From Polyangiaceae bacterium (GTDB lineage Bacteria; Myxococcota_A; Polyangia; Polyangiales; Polyangiaceae), in the NCBI GenBank assembly GCA_033763455.1, contig JANRKO010000065.1:1-41819 (forward strand): DNA of 41,819 nucleotides, given 5' to 3'. The notes under the pieces were generated by a model. The model saw only the letters and a list, made by a program, of their open reading frames with translations. It had not been told where the DNA came from and ran no database searches. Positions 1-9,265 of this stretch are shown piece after piece. The first letter of the stretch is position 1; each line of letters begins with the position of its first letter. The position numbers and the translations under genes are program-made.

Positions 1-141
1 GCGACTACATCGACAACTTCTACAACGCTGAGAGACGCCACTCCTACCTCGGCTTCCTCAACCCCATCGAATTCGAATTGCGATCCAAAATTCAACAACG
101 TGTGGCATAGTCATGCTGTCCACTGAAACGGGGGATCTTCA
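1..141 (+). mobile_element. Right end of an IS3-family insertion sequence (partial)
   Basis: Transposase C-terminus at 3..110 is followed by CTGTCCACTGAAACGGGGGATCTTCA ending at 141. The CA-3' terminus and its composition fit an IS3-family right inverted repeat. Confidence 0.85.
3..110 (+). CDS. IS3-family transposase OrfB, C-terminal fragment (5' truncated by window)
   Basis: Manual translation DYIDNFYNAERRHSYLGFLNPIEFELRSKIQQRVA* matches the YI.xFYN.xR.HS.LG..SP.xFE tail of IS3 integrase-core transposases. Confidence 0.88.
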   Translation, partial: DYIDNFYNAERRHSYLGFLNPIEFELRSKIQQRVA

Positions 142-149
142 ACGTGGAT

Positions 150-250
150 CTATGTCTTCACAGAAGTACTGTTCTCGCAGGCTTGCCCCGCCGAACAATC
201 ACTCGCACTCGTGCAGGTACCAGCAGGCAACGACAGATTCTGTGCAGGGG
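150..250 (-). repeat. Direct repeat copy 1: displaced 3' end of the lipoprotein gene at 7095..7589
   Basis: Ungapped 93/101 nt identity to 7095..7195. Minus-strand translation PAQNLSLPAGTCTSASDCSAGQACENSTSVKT* versus gene end PAQNLSLPAGTCTSASDCSAGHACQNNICVKM*. Confidence 0.95.
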
Positions 251-260
251 GAAGTGCACG

Positions 261-1112
261 CTACCTAGGAAAAGCACCCGCGTGAGCGGACGGGGCGACC
301 TCGGTGGTTGCTCGTCGCGCCAGGCTCACGTAAGAACGGTCGACGCAGCAGAACGCCTGCTCCAACGCTAGGTAATCCCAACGTTCGATCTCACAGTGGG
401 CTTCACCCGGCGTCGTGCGCCGGATCAAGTTGATGGAATTCGGGATACCGTCCCGTACCCGGTTAGACACGGCCGTGCCCGCTTGCACCACCCAGCCACC
501 CCTCGGTGCCACCTTCGTTGGGAGCTCGACCGCGTACGGGACGTGAATGTGGCCTCCCAAAATGAGATCGACTCCCGCATGGGACCAAGTACGCACCGCC
601 TTCGCATGGCCATGCAAGAGATTGTCGACATCCTCGTCGCGTACGACGTGAACCGGTTGGTGCGTCACCACAATGCGCAGTTGAGACGATTTTGCCGCTT
701 GCAGGCGAGATGCAATGCGGTCAATCTGCGCGTCCGAAACCTCCCCGTCCACATGCCGCCCGGGTCGCGTCGTGTTGACGCACAAAACAAGTAAGGACTC
801 GCTCTCGTATTCCGGCTCAAGCTCCGCGCCAAAGGCACTAGAGAAGTTCGCGTACGGGCGAAAGAAGCGCGCGATAGGATTGAAAAGGGGAATATCGTGG
901 TTGCCGGGTATTACCAAGGTCCGCACAGGGCCGAGCCGGTCTACGAAGCGCTTCGCTTCAGCGAACTCGCCCGGTCGAGCCCGCTGGGTGATGTCCCCCG
1001 TAAGCAGCGCAAGCTCGGGTTTCTCGTGTTCAATCAACTTGAGAAGCGCAGCCACCACCAGCGGCTGTTCAGTGCCGAAGTGCGTATCGGAGATCTGCAC
1101 CAGCACGGTCAT
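261..1112 (-). CDS. Calcineurin-like metallophosphoesterase (CpdA/Icc-like)
   Basis: Motifs SDTHFG, TGDITQ, GNHD, HQP, GHIH. Start overlaps the upstream stop (TGATG). Confidence 0.93.
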   Translation of the reverse strand: MTVLVQISDTHFGTEQPLVVAALLKLIEHEKPELALLTGDITQRARPGEFAEAKRFVDRLGPVRTLVIPGNHDIPLFNPIARFFRPYANFSSAFGAELEPEYESESLLVLCVNTTRPGRHVDGEVSDAQIDRIASRLQAAKSSQLRIVVTHQPVHVVRDEDVDNLLHGHAKAVRTWSHAGVDLILGGHIHVPYAVELPTKVAPRGGWVVQAGTAVSNRVRDGIPNSINLIRRTTPGEAHCEIERWDYLALEQAFCCVDRSYVSLARRATTEVAPSAHAGAFPR

Positions 1113-2053
1113 CAGGCCTCAGGGATCACGGAGGCGGGCACCAACAAGTTGAGCGGCATTTTTGCCACTCGAAACCTGAACGGAGGCGTCATCCAATGCA
1201 CCTCGCCGTCGACGGCCAGCCTCATTCTCCGCCGACCGGTTCCGTGCATAGGCCGCACGACGAGCTCGCGAAAGGCGAAGTCCCGCACCCCCGTGGCCTC
1301 GCCCAGCTTGCCGACCGCTCCGCGCAGCGCCAAACCAAACATCCCGAAAGGACTCACCGGAGCGATCACCACGGCCGCCAAGCGACGGTGTTGCACTGCC
1401 TCAGCCTCCGGCAATCCAACTTGCTCAAGCTGGAGAGGATTGTTGCCGATGAACAGAGTCGGGGTATGGACGATTTCAGTCTGGCGGTCGTGAACGATCT
1501 CAAGCGCCAGCTGGTGGCGCCAATGGGCCAGGGTGGTGAGGCCTGCCCAGATCGCAACAGCCCTATAACGCCCATATTGAGCTTTGAACTTCTCTCGGTC
1601 TTCAAGGATCCTGGGATAGAGCCCCAAGCCCGCGTTGACCAGAAAAATGCGATCATTCACTTCCCCAACCTGAATCGGCTTGATGCGAGCCGAAAGCAAT
1701 GCTCTCGTCGCCTCATGAATGTCGGAGGGGATCCCGTGGGTACGGCTCGAATAGTTAAAAGTGCCCTGCGGAATGATGCCGAAGGGGAGCCCTGCTAGAA
1801 GCGTGGCTTGGGCAACCGTGTTGATCGTGCCATCTCCCCCCGCCGCCACCACAGCTCCTCCCCGAGCTGTTGCGGCTTCGGCCGCGCACCGCGCGATACC
1901 TGGCAATTCTTTCGGATCCTCAACGAGCAGGAACTCATGCTCGCGCTGTGCTGCGGTCAGCACCCCCTCTATTTGCGTACGAGCCTCATCGGTATCGCCC
2001 GACCCTGAGGCACGATTGCAGACAATGAACAGAGGCGTGTGAGAGCTGATCAC
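1112..2053 (-). CDS. Diacylglycerol kinase family lipid kinase (YegS/DAGK-like)
   Basis: N-terminal NRASG, GGDGT nucleotide-binding motif, PQGTFNY, C-terminal VDGE. Translationally coupled to the phosphoesterase. Confidence 0.92.
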   Translation of the reverse strand: MISSHTPLFIVCNRASGSGDTDEARTQIEGVLTAAQREHEFLLVEDPKELPGIARCAAEAATARGGAVVAAGGDGTINTVAQATLLAGLPFGIIPQGTFNYSSRTHGIPSDIHEATRALLSARIKPIQVGEVNDRIFLVNAGLGLYPRILEDREKFKAQYGRYRAVAIWAGLTTLAHWRHQLALEIVHDRQTEIVHTPTLFIGNNPLQLEQVGLPEAEAVQHRRLAAVVIAPVSPFGMFGLALRGAVGKLGEATGVRDFAFRELVVRPMHGTGRRRMRLAVDGEVHWMTPPFRFRVAKMPLNLLVPASVIPEA

Positions 2054-2188
2054 AGGACTGAGTCAAGCACACCGCATGCTCAGACACGAGGCTAACTAGC
2101 GAAGTTCAGACGTGCGTCCGGGCACAAAAATGCCTCAGTGGGGCGCTAACGTACCCAAGAACGAGCAAGAAGCTCTCCACGCGCGCCT

Positions 2189-4156
2189 TCACCTGGGGTG
2201 CTTGCCGATCACCGCTCGCTGCCAGCGTTCAAAATGGCGAACGAGGGCGCCGTTTCGCATCCACCGCATGCTGAGTTGAAAATCAAGGGTGTCGCCTTTC
2301 AAGTCGCGGCGGCTGACGACAAACTCGAAGCCTCCGTCTTTCGAGTGTCTGGCGACGTGAGTGCGGAAGTTGTCACTGCCCCCCGCTTGGCTGCTGCGAG
2401 TGCTCATTTGGTACACCGCGCCGTCTATAGGCAGCCCTTCGAGCTCAGCGCGCACAGTGACGTAGTCCTTGTCGTGCTTTTGAATCGCCCCCACTAGCGT
2501 TGGCAACAAAGCCAGCTCTTTCGAAAACTCTGTCGCTTTGCGTTGCAGAGCGGCCTCGTGCTCCAGGCGAACTTGGTTCAAGTCGCAATGCAGCTCCTGG
2601 AGCGTGTGCTGCCAAAGCTCTGCTCCAGAGAGGTCACGCAAACCCTCGGACCTCGATAGGACTTGCAGAACTCGACCCAGTGTATCTGCGCCGCAAGACT
2701 GCACCAACACGGCGACCCACGTGTAACCGAGGGGGTAAAGCAGCGATTCGCCGAATCGAGCCACAAACTCTTTGCGGTCCACCAAGTCGTTGAAATCAAT
2801 ATTGAGCTTCTTTCGGGCCACAACCGCTTCGAACCAGCGGTCCGACTGGTGTGCTTTGCTTGGCACGATCGCCTCACCTAGATACTCCGCCAAACCCTCG
2901 CTGAAGAACCGCGTTGAGCTGTCGTGATCGACCTCGCGTCGATCGGAAAGGCGTAGCGCTAAAACGTGTACTGTTTCGTGTGCTAGCGTCTGCAAGAGCT
3001 CGTCGTCATCGTGAGCATGGCGGAGATCGAGCCGAATGGTGTCCCAGGTGGCTGAGCCGGCATGTGTCGGGCTTGTGCGAGTAAGGTCTACGCTGATCGG
3101 CGGCCCCACTGCGGCCCCCAGTGCCTCTCGAAGCCGCTCATAGGTAGCGTCCGCGCGCTTTGTGAGCTGCAGCACCCGTGTTTCTAGGCCTTTCGGATAG
3201 CGGAACCGATACTGTGCAGTCGTGAGCAGCCCCTCCTCGCCACCAACGTCAATCGGTGCCTCGAACTGACGGTGGGCTGCCGTCTCCGACGGAGAAGTGT
3301 CCTCTGCGACGAGATTTGAACCGATCACGATCATCCCAGCGATACTGGAGCCTGCTATCAGCGCAATGAGGGTGTGCTTGATCGCAGGACGCTGCAATGC
3401 TCGGGAGATATGGCTTGCGGCCCGCTCGGTGCGTCCCAACCACAGGAATCCACCGAGAACGCCGGCAAGGCACGCAGCAACGCTGTGCCACATTAGCCCT
3501 CGCCAGGAAATGAGGGGTTCGGTGCCGTGGAAGTCTACACTGAGTAGGGCACCCGGGCTGAGGCTACCCAAATCTGCTCGTTGGTCGATGGCCGCCTGCA
3601 AGGCAACGGAAGCCAAAAGGGCCAAGGCGATCCCGAACCAGCGCAGCACCGAGAGCAACAAAGCGTAGCCTAGGCCCATCCAGGCAACGGCAGTGGTCAA
3701 CCCAAGCGAGACCACCGCCCACTGCACGCGAAACGTGTTGCCCCCGAACGATGTGGGGTTGAGCAGATGCAACCACCAGCGAGAGATTTCGTCTGCAAGG
3801 GTCGCAGCGAAGAGGATCGTAGCCGCGGCGCCGACTTTGGCCACGAACAAGCGTAAGCGAGAAACCGGGAGACTGAACAAGAAGCGCAGCGTTCCGTCGT
3901 CTTGCTCCCGCGGGAGGAGTGCCCAAACCAGGACAAACGCCCAGACAAACCAATACCAGCCGGAATAGGCGGAACTTGCCCGAACCATGATCGGCGTCTC
4001 GTTCGCCCAGACCACCGCATTGATGGGACGAGAGAGCAGGACATAGACTAACCCGCCGAGCTGAACCCCTGCTAGCGCGAACGCCCACGGCAGCAGCTGC
4101 CGCAACTCCTTGCGCAGCCACTGAAAGCGTCGCGAAGGAATGGCTAGCGGTTTCAT
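2189..4156 (-). CDS. ABC-2-type permease fused to a C-terminal gluzincin (peptidase MA-like) domain with intact zinc motif
   Basis: About 7 hydrophobic segments, permease motif LRFLFSLPVSRLRLFVAK, then HETVH-X22-E(GLA). Start moved to ATG 4156, which forms an ATGA overlap with the upstream stop. Confidence 0.82.
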   Translation of the reverse strand: MKPLAIPSRRFQWLRKELRQLLPWAFALAGVQLGGLVYVLLSRPINAVVWANETPIMVRASSAYSGWYWFVWAFVLVWALLPREQDDGTLRFLFSLPVSRLRLFVAKVGAAATILFAATLADEISRWWLHLLNPTSFGGNTFRVQWAVVSLGLTTAVAWMGLGYALLLSVLRWFGIALALLASVALQAAIDQRADLGSLSPGALLSVDFHGTEPLISWRGLMWHSVAACLAGVLGGFLWLGRTERAASHISRALQRPAIKHTLIALIAGSSIAGMIVIGSNLVAEDTSPSETAAHRQFEAPIDVGGEEGLLTTAQYRFRYPKGLETRVLQLTKRADATYERLREALGAAVGPPISVDLTRTSPTHAGSATWDTIRLDLRHAHDDDELLQTLAHETVHVLALRLSDRREVDHDSSTRFFSEGLAEYLGEAIVPSKAHQSDRWFEAVVARKKLNIDFNDLVDRKEFVARFGESLLYPLGYTWVAVLVQSCGADTLGRVLQVLSRSEGLRDLSGAELWQHTLQELHCDLNQVRLEHEAALQRKATEFSKELALLPTLVGAIQKHDKDYVTVRAELEGLPIDGAVYQMSTRSSQAGGSDNFRTHVARHSKDGGFEFVVSRRDLKGDTLDFQLSMRWMRNGALVRHFERWQRAVIGKHPR

Positions 4157-6021
4157 GGCAGCTCCATGCGACTGACCGCCAAGCGCACCGACGACCCAAG
4201 ACTTTGAACGGGACACTCAAGCGCCACCAGCACCCGCACGCCACTACCGTAGCGACCCCGCAAGCGCCCTTCCACGCGGTACGCCCCCGCAGGCCAGTGC
4301 ACGGGATGGCTCCCCAGGTCCTTTGTGGGCACGAAGAGATCGAAAGGAGGCAGCTCTTTGTGGCGAAGTTGGCAGATAATCTGCCGCTTGGGGGCTCCGC
4401 CGTTCACGACGTAAAAGACCTCGGAACCCAGTGTGCCAGGCCGGACACTCAAGGTGGCCTTGGAGGTGCTCAATCTAACCGCTTCGCCGTCCAGATCCTT
4501 GCCGCGCCGAACGAGCTCGGCCCTCGCATCTCCGATGAAGTCCGCCCAGGGTTTACCGACGGTGGCTTCGAAAACTGCGCTGAACTCGGAATTTCCAGAC
4601 CAGACCGCACGCGACTCTGCGACAACGGAGCGGGCCACTGCCACGGCCCGCTGGGGCCCGACCTGCTGGACGAGCTGTCTAAAGATGGCGAAGGCAAGCG
4701 CCGCCGCGCCCTGCTCTCCTACTCGCTCCATGAGAGGTTCGAAGCGGATCAAGGTGTCACTTGCGAGCCCGGCCACCTTCATGGCAGCGACTGCGCGACC
4801 CCAGCTGCGCTTTTCGTATTCTGCGTCCTCACTCGCAACGAGCCAGCTGGCGTACCCGTCCAGCACCCAGTGCTGCGATTCGAACGCCGCGCGGTCGTCG
4901 GTCGCTTGGGTATGAGCATCGTGCGCGACCAAGTAGAGAAGTTCTGCACGCGCGGGACCGGCCATGCCGAGGTTTACATGAAGGAGCACTCCGCCTCGAT
5001 CTTCCAGGTGAACCGCTCGAACGTCATCCTGGTCGAGCGCACTGTTGTGAACAATGCGAACGGCTGGAAAAGTAATGGGAATCAGCCCCTCGGCACGCTG
5101 AAATAGCCTCTCTGTATCTCGGATCACCGAGACAGCCTGCGGGGCAAGTTCCGGCCAACCGTACATCACCTCGATATCCCAACGCCTGCTTCGCTCGACT
5201 TCCTGGCTACTGAATTCGAAAGGCGGTGGCTGCTGCTTGGCTTCGAACACACTAACTGCAAGCAGGCTCAAGAAGACTGAGAGCGTCAACGCAGATTTCT
5301 CCCGAGGCGAAGCACGGTTCGCCAGCCGCTCGGCAAACGCCCCTTCTCGGATCAAGCCGAGCGTGAACGCCAGCCCTACGAGCACGCTCGAGGCTGCCGC
5401 CGATTCGCCCAGTGCGCGTAACGGAAGCGCCGTTCGCTCATAAGGAAAGGTGTTCGGGTCGATGAGCGCGAACGGGCCAAACCGCATGATTTCAAAGGCC
5501 GTGGTGGTCTCTAGTAGGTAGATCACCAGCGGAACGAAGATGTACAAGGCAAACCGCAGCCGGCCAACCAAACCCAAGAGGAATGCGCAACTCCACAACA
5601 CGCCAGCGTAGCCAAGCGATTTCAGAAGGACTATCAGCCAATGCATCATCCCTGGCTCGCCAGACGCGAGAAACAACGCATTGATGATCCCGAAGACCAG
5701 CCCAGCCAACACCACCCATCCGACGACGAGCTTGGCAAACAGAAACTCAGCCCGCCGTAGCGGCAGCGCCTCAAGAAACTGAACGGTGCGCTGCTGGTAC
5801 TCCCGTACGATCAAGCGTCGACCGAGCACGAGCGCGGCAACGGGCGTGAATACCATGATCACTGCAGCGGCCGCATCGAGCTGCCCTGGTGCGAGCGGGT
5901 CAGCCCGGGAGGACAGCCAACGGATAAGAGCCAGCAGAGCAGCAACTACAAAGAGTCCGACGAACACGGCCCAGTGCTCGGCCGTTTCCTTGCGACCGAA
6001 AGTCCAAATCCGGCGGAGCAC
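4153..6021 (-). CDS. ABC-2-type permease fused to a degenerate gluzincin-like domain
   Basis: N-terminal TM bundle with VQFLEALPLRRAEFLFAK. The soluble C-terminal domain has YLVAHDAH...WVLDGYASW where the neighbour has HETVH...FFSEGLAEY. Confidence 0.78.
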   Translation of the reverse strand: MLRRIWTFGRKETAEHWAVFVGLFVVAALLALIRWLSSRADPLAPGQLDAAAAVIMVFTPVAALVLGRRLIVREYQQRTVQFLEALPLRRAEFLFAKLVVGWVVLAGLVFGIINALFLASGEPGMMHWLIVLLKSLGYAGVLWSCAFLLGLVGRLRFALYIFVPLVIYLLETTTAFEIMRFGPFALIDPNTFPYERTALPLRALGESAAASSVLVGLAFTLGLIREGAFAERLANRASPREKSALTLSVFLSLLAVSVFEAKQQPPPFEFSSQEVERSRRWDIEVMYGWPELAPQAVSVIRDTERLFQRAEGLIPITFPAVRIVHNSALDQDDVRAVHLEDRGGVLLHVNLGMAGPARAELLYLVAHDAHTQATDDRAAFESQHWVLDGYASWLVASEDAEYEKRSWGRAVAAMKVAGLASDTLIRFEPLMERVGEQGAAALAFAIFRQLVQQVGPQRAVAVARSVVAESRAVWSGNSEFSAVFEATVGKPWADFIGDARAELVRRGKDLDGEAVRLSTSKATLSVRPGTLGSEVFYVVNGGAPKRQIICQLRHKELPPFDLFVPTKDLGSHPVHWPAGAYRVEGRLRGRYGSGVRVLVALECPVQSLGSSVRLAVSRMELP

Positions 6022-7019
6022 TACATCCGCTCCAGCCCTGCGTCGATGTCCGGCATAATGGAAGTGGGCATGCCCGTGGCCATGCCGGCAACCATGGAAC
6101 CGAGCCCGGCTCGCGCCCGCACCAGAGCGATGAAGCTGTCTTCTAACGACGGACGTTCAAGGCGCCCTTGAAGCTCCTGCAGAGCGAGTAGCTCGAACAC
6201 AGCCGGCCCCGTTGCCCACAACATCAGCTCACGTTCCTGCCCAAGCACGCGATCCTGGATGATCCGAACTGCGGATTCGGTAGTTGGCGCAGTAACCTCG
6301 AGGCACGCGGGCAGCGGTGCCTGAATCGGCAAGGTCAAACGACGCATGCGCGCCGCCAGGGCTTGAGGTGGCCCCTCGTAGAGCATACGGCCCGCTTCGA
6401 TGATCCCGACATGGCTAGCAACCAACTCTACTTCATCTATCAGGTGTGACGAAAACAACGTTGTGTGCTCACCTCGCACTGATTGCTCACGCACGATCTC
6501 CAGAAACTCACGCCTTGCGACAGCATCGAGGCCGGCGGTGGGTTCGTCCAAAGTCAGCAAGGCTGGGCGGTGCCCGAGCGCGAGCGCCAAAGCTAGTTTT
6601 ACCCGCATCCCTCCCGAAAGCGTTCGGACCTTGCGCGATGGCACGTCGAAACGCTGAAGCAAGCTACGAAAGTAGCCCTCATCCCAACTTGGGTAAAGCG
6701 CACCAACGAAGCTGCCAAGCTGCTCCGACGTCATCCAGTCGTAGAAGTGCTGTTCCTGAGCCACGTAACCGAGTCGCTGGCGCGCGGCCACAAAGCTCTG
6801 CTTCACGGGTTTTCCGAACAAGCTCACACTACCTGAATCCGCCGCGGTTACCCCCATGACGATACGCAGTGTGCTCGACTTCCCAGCCCCGTTTCGCCCC
6901 AAAAAGCCATAGACCTGGCCCGCGTTCACAGTCAGATCGAGACCGTCAAGTGCTGGCACCTTACCATATCTCTTTACGAGGCTCCTGAGCTCGAGCACCG
7001 GTCCCTGTTCCACTCCCAT
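6021..7019 (-). CDS. ABC transporter ATP-binding protein (ABC-2/DrrA-YtrB-like)
   Basis: Walker A GRNGAGKS, signature LSGGM, Walker B LTLDEP, H-loop SSH. Confidence 0.95.
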   Translation of the reverse strand: MGVEQGPVLELRSLVKRYGKVPALDGLDLTVNAGQVYGFLGRNGAGKSSTLRIVMGVTAADSGSVSLFGKPVKQSFVAARQRLGYVAQEQHFYDWMTSEQLGSFVGALYPSWDEGYFRSLLQRFDVPSRKVRTLSGGMRVKLALALALGHRPALLTLDEPTAGLDAVARREFLEIVREQSVRGEHTTLFSSHLIDEVELVASHVGIIEAGRMLYEGPPQALAARMRRLTLPIQAPLPACLEVTAPTTESAVRIIQDRVLGQERELMLWATGPAVFELLALQELQGRLERPSLEDSFIALVRARAGLGSMVAGMATGMPTSIMPDIDAGLERM

Positions 7020-7094
7020 CGCGGCATGGTTCTCCCAGGGATGGGTACAGTCAAGGCGGCGCTGCTCGCGATCCTAAGTTACGCGGCGCGCGCC

Positions 7095-7195
7095 CTACAT
7101 CTTCACACAAATATTGTTCTGGCAGGCGTGCCCCGCCGAACAATCACTCGCACTCGTGCAGGTGCCAGCAGGCAACGACAGATTCTGTGCAGGGG
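7095..7195 (-). repeat. Direct repeat copy 2 (functional 3' end of the lipoprotein gene)
   Basis: 93/101 nt identical to 150..250, same orientation. Confidence 0.95.
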
Positions 7196-7589
7196 CGGGC
7201 AATGGCCCGCTCTCAGGCGCTTTCGCCAAAGTCTGTTCAAAACCCTTGCCGTACACTTCCCGATTCAATTCATTGAGGGATTCTTCGGCGCGCGACTTGA
7301 ACTGTGCAGAAAGCCCACCCGGATGTTCTTGATCGATGGCCTTAGCGAGGGCCAACCAATGGCGTGCATCGGCTCGGTAACCCAAACGAAAATCCGTCAT
7401 GCCCCGAAGGTACGCGTAGCGCGCTTGCTCGGTGAGGCTAAGCGAATCCATATCCGATTCCAGCAATCGGAATGTCGCCAACGCCTTTTCGTAGTCGCTT
7501 TGGTCGTAAAAACTCTCACCGCGATTCAGATCTTGGCGGTAGGTCGCACACCCAAACAGAAAAAGGCTAGCGAACAAGGCTCGGCGCAT
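7095..7589 (-). CDS. TPR-like lipoprotein with C-terminal 4-Cys module
   Basis: Signal peptide with lipobox LFGC, helical TPR-like body, and tail CTSASDCSAGHACQNNIC. Confidence 0.85.
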   Translation of the reverse strand: MRRALFASLFLFGCATYRQDLNRGESFYDQSDYEKALATFRLLESDMDSLSLTEQARYAYLRGMTDFRLGYRADARHWLALAKAIDQEHPGGLSAQFKSRAEESLNELNREVYGKGFEQTLAKAPESGPLPAPAQNLSLPAGTCTSASDCSAGHACQNNICVKM

Positions 7590-7624
7590 CGATTGCGCAC
7601 GATAGCGTCACTGGATCCTTGGGA

Positions 7625-8245
7625 TCAAGGCAGTGCCCCGGCCTTGGTATACCAAAGGCGGTAGATTGGCAGGCCGTCCACGATGGCACGCCGCTCACGT
7701 GGGCTCCTCGCTTGGTACGGGTTTTCCGCCTGGCGCGGGGTAGGCCCCACGGGCACAAGGCTGGGCTCGGTGGCAACTTGCGCCTCGTACATGAGGGCGC
7801 GCTCTTCCACGTCGGTTTGGATAAACAGCTGGCCGCCTGGCTTCAGACACCGCGCCATGTGGGCGACTGAGGCGTCACCCATTACGAGGCGCTTGGCGTG
7901 TCGCTTTTTCCACCATGGATCAGGAAAGTGCAGAAATACGTGGGCCAGTGATTCGCTCAGCAAACGAGGCAGCACCACCTTGGCATCTTCGGCGAACACC
8001 CGAGCCCTCCCGGAAAGCCCACTCGCGCGCAACCTGTCGTCGACGATTTTGGCCCATTTGCGCCGCACTTCGAGACCCACGATGAAGCTTTGGGGCGCCG
8101 CGGCCGACCGCTCAAACACAAAGCCTCCGCGGCCCGGGCCTATCTCCAGCTCTACCGAGCTCCGCCCAAAGAGCTCGCGCAAATCGAGCGCCTCTGCTTC
8201 GGGCAAGCGAGGGGCGTCAGCGTAGGGCGAGGGAACTTTGGGCAC
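7625..8245 (-). CDS. trmB: tRNA (guanine-N7)-methyltransferase
   Basis: LEIGPGRG SAM motif, GLEVR, FPDPWWKKRHAKR, QTDV. Confidence 0.93.
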   Translation of the reverse strand: MPKVPSPYADAPRLPEAEALDLRELFGRSSVELEIGPGRGGFVFERSAAAPQSFIVGLEVRRKWAKIVDDRLRASGLSGRARVFAEDAKVVLPRLLSESLAHVFLHFPDPWWKKRHAKRLVMGDASVAHMARCLKPGGQLFIQTDVEERALMYEAQVATEPSLVPVGPTPRQAENPYQARSPRERRAIVDGLPIYRLWYTKAGALP

Positions 8246-8329
8246 GTCCCCGAGCTACTGAAGCTCGGGGCGCTTTGCAACGACCGAAACCCCCTGAGGC
8301 TAAAGCGGGCCTTCTGCTATAGCTGGCGG

Positions 8330-9265
8330 ATGCGTCGCAGAATGCTTGGGAAAACGGGTCTGAAGGTCACCGAACTCGCGCTCGGGACCTGGGGCCTTTC
8401 GGGAGACGGCTACGGGGCGGTCTCAGTGGACGAGCAGAAGGCTGTCATCGAGCGCGCGCGTTCACAGGGTATCACCCTTTTTGAAACGGCTGACAGCTAC
8501 GGTTCCGGGCAGATGGAAGCACTCTTGGGAGAGAAGCTCGGCTCCGACAAAGAAGCCCTCATCGCCACTAAGCTTGGCACTGATCGGGAGCGAAGCGCGA
8601 AGCGTTTCGATGTCGCATACCTTGCTGAGGCGCTCAAGCGCTCTCAGGATCGCCTCCGCCGCGAGCAGATCGATATTGTGCTTCTCCATAACCCGAGCCC
8701 CGAGACGATTCGGGAGGGCTCGGCCACAGCGTGGCTGCAGGAGCAGGTCAAAAGCGGGAGCATTACCGCCTGGGGAGTCAGCGTTACCGGCAAAGAAGCC
8801 GCTGAGGCGGCGCTCGACCAATCAGCTCCAATCCTGAGCTTTCCCTACAATGTCTTTAATCAGAAAGCGGTCAAGGAGCTCGGGCCGCGGCTCAAGAAGG
8901 ATGGCACGGGCGTGCTTGCGCATTCGGTGCTTCTCTATGGCTTGCTTTGCAGCCAATGGCCAAACGATAAAGTATTTGACGAAGGGGACCATCGGCGAGA
9001 TCGCTGGAGTTCGGACGAACTAAAGACGCGAATCGTGCACTTGAACGCGCTTCGACCGCTGGTATCTGGCACCATCCCCACCATGCGGGCGGCGGCCCTC
9101 CGCTTCGCTTTGTGCAACCCCCGAGTAAAAAGCGTAATTCTTGGCCCCCGCAGCGTTCAACAGCTCGATCAATTGGTGCGCGAAGCTGGTAAGCCACCCT
9201 ACGTTACCGAGACCCAGCTGACCGCGCTCGAAAATCGGCTGAGCTCCCTGGGCGCCGGCGCGTGA
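8330..9265 (+). CDS. Aldo/keto reductase
   Basis: RMLGKTGLKVTELALGTW start, ETADSYG, IATKLG, LLHNP, GVS. Start moved to ATG 8330 because the longer ORF overlaps trmB. Confidence 0.92.
   Translation: MRRRMLGKTGLKVTELALGTWGLSGDGYGAVSVDEQKAVIERARSQGITLFETADSYGSGQMEALLGEKLGSDKEALIATKLGTDRERSAKRFDVAYLAEALKRSQDRLRREQIDIVLLHNPSPETIREGSATAWLQEQVKSGSITAWGVSVTGKEAAEAALDQSAPILSFPYNVFNQKAVKELGPRLKKDGTGVLAHSVLLYGLLCSQWPNDKVFDEGDHRRDRWSSDELKTRIVHLNALRPLVSGTIPTMRAAALRFALCNPRVKSVILGPRSVQQLDQLVREAGKPPYVTETQLTALENRLSSLGAGA

Noticed and set aside
144..371. Plus-strand ORFs 144..371 and 7026..7664 sharing the peptide PRRTITRTRAG
   Set aside because: They are antisense readings of the 101-bp repeat; the coding sense is the minus-strand lipoprotein.
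150..7195. Diversity-generating retroelement TR/VR pair (a ~100-bp repeat at a gene's 3' end)
   Set aside because: Mismatches are not adenine-specific: on the coding strand only 2 of 8 are A in the orphan copy and 1 of 8 in the gene copy. No reverse transcriptase is present in the window.
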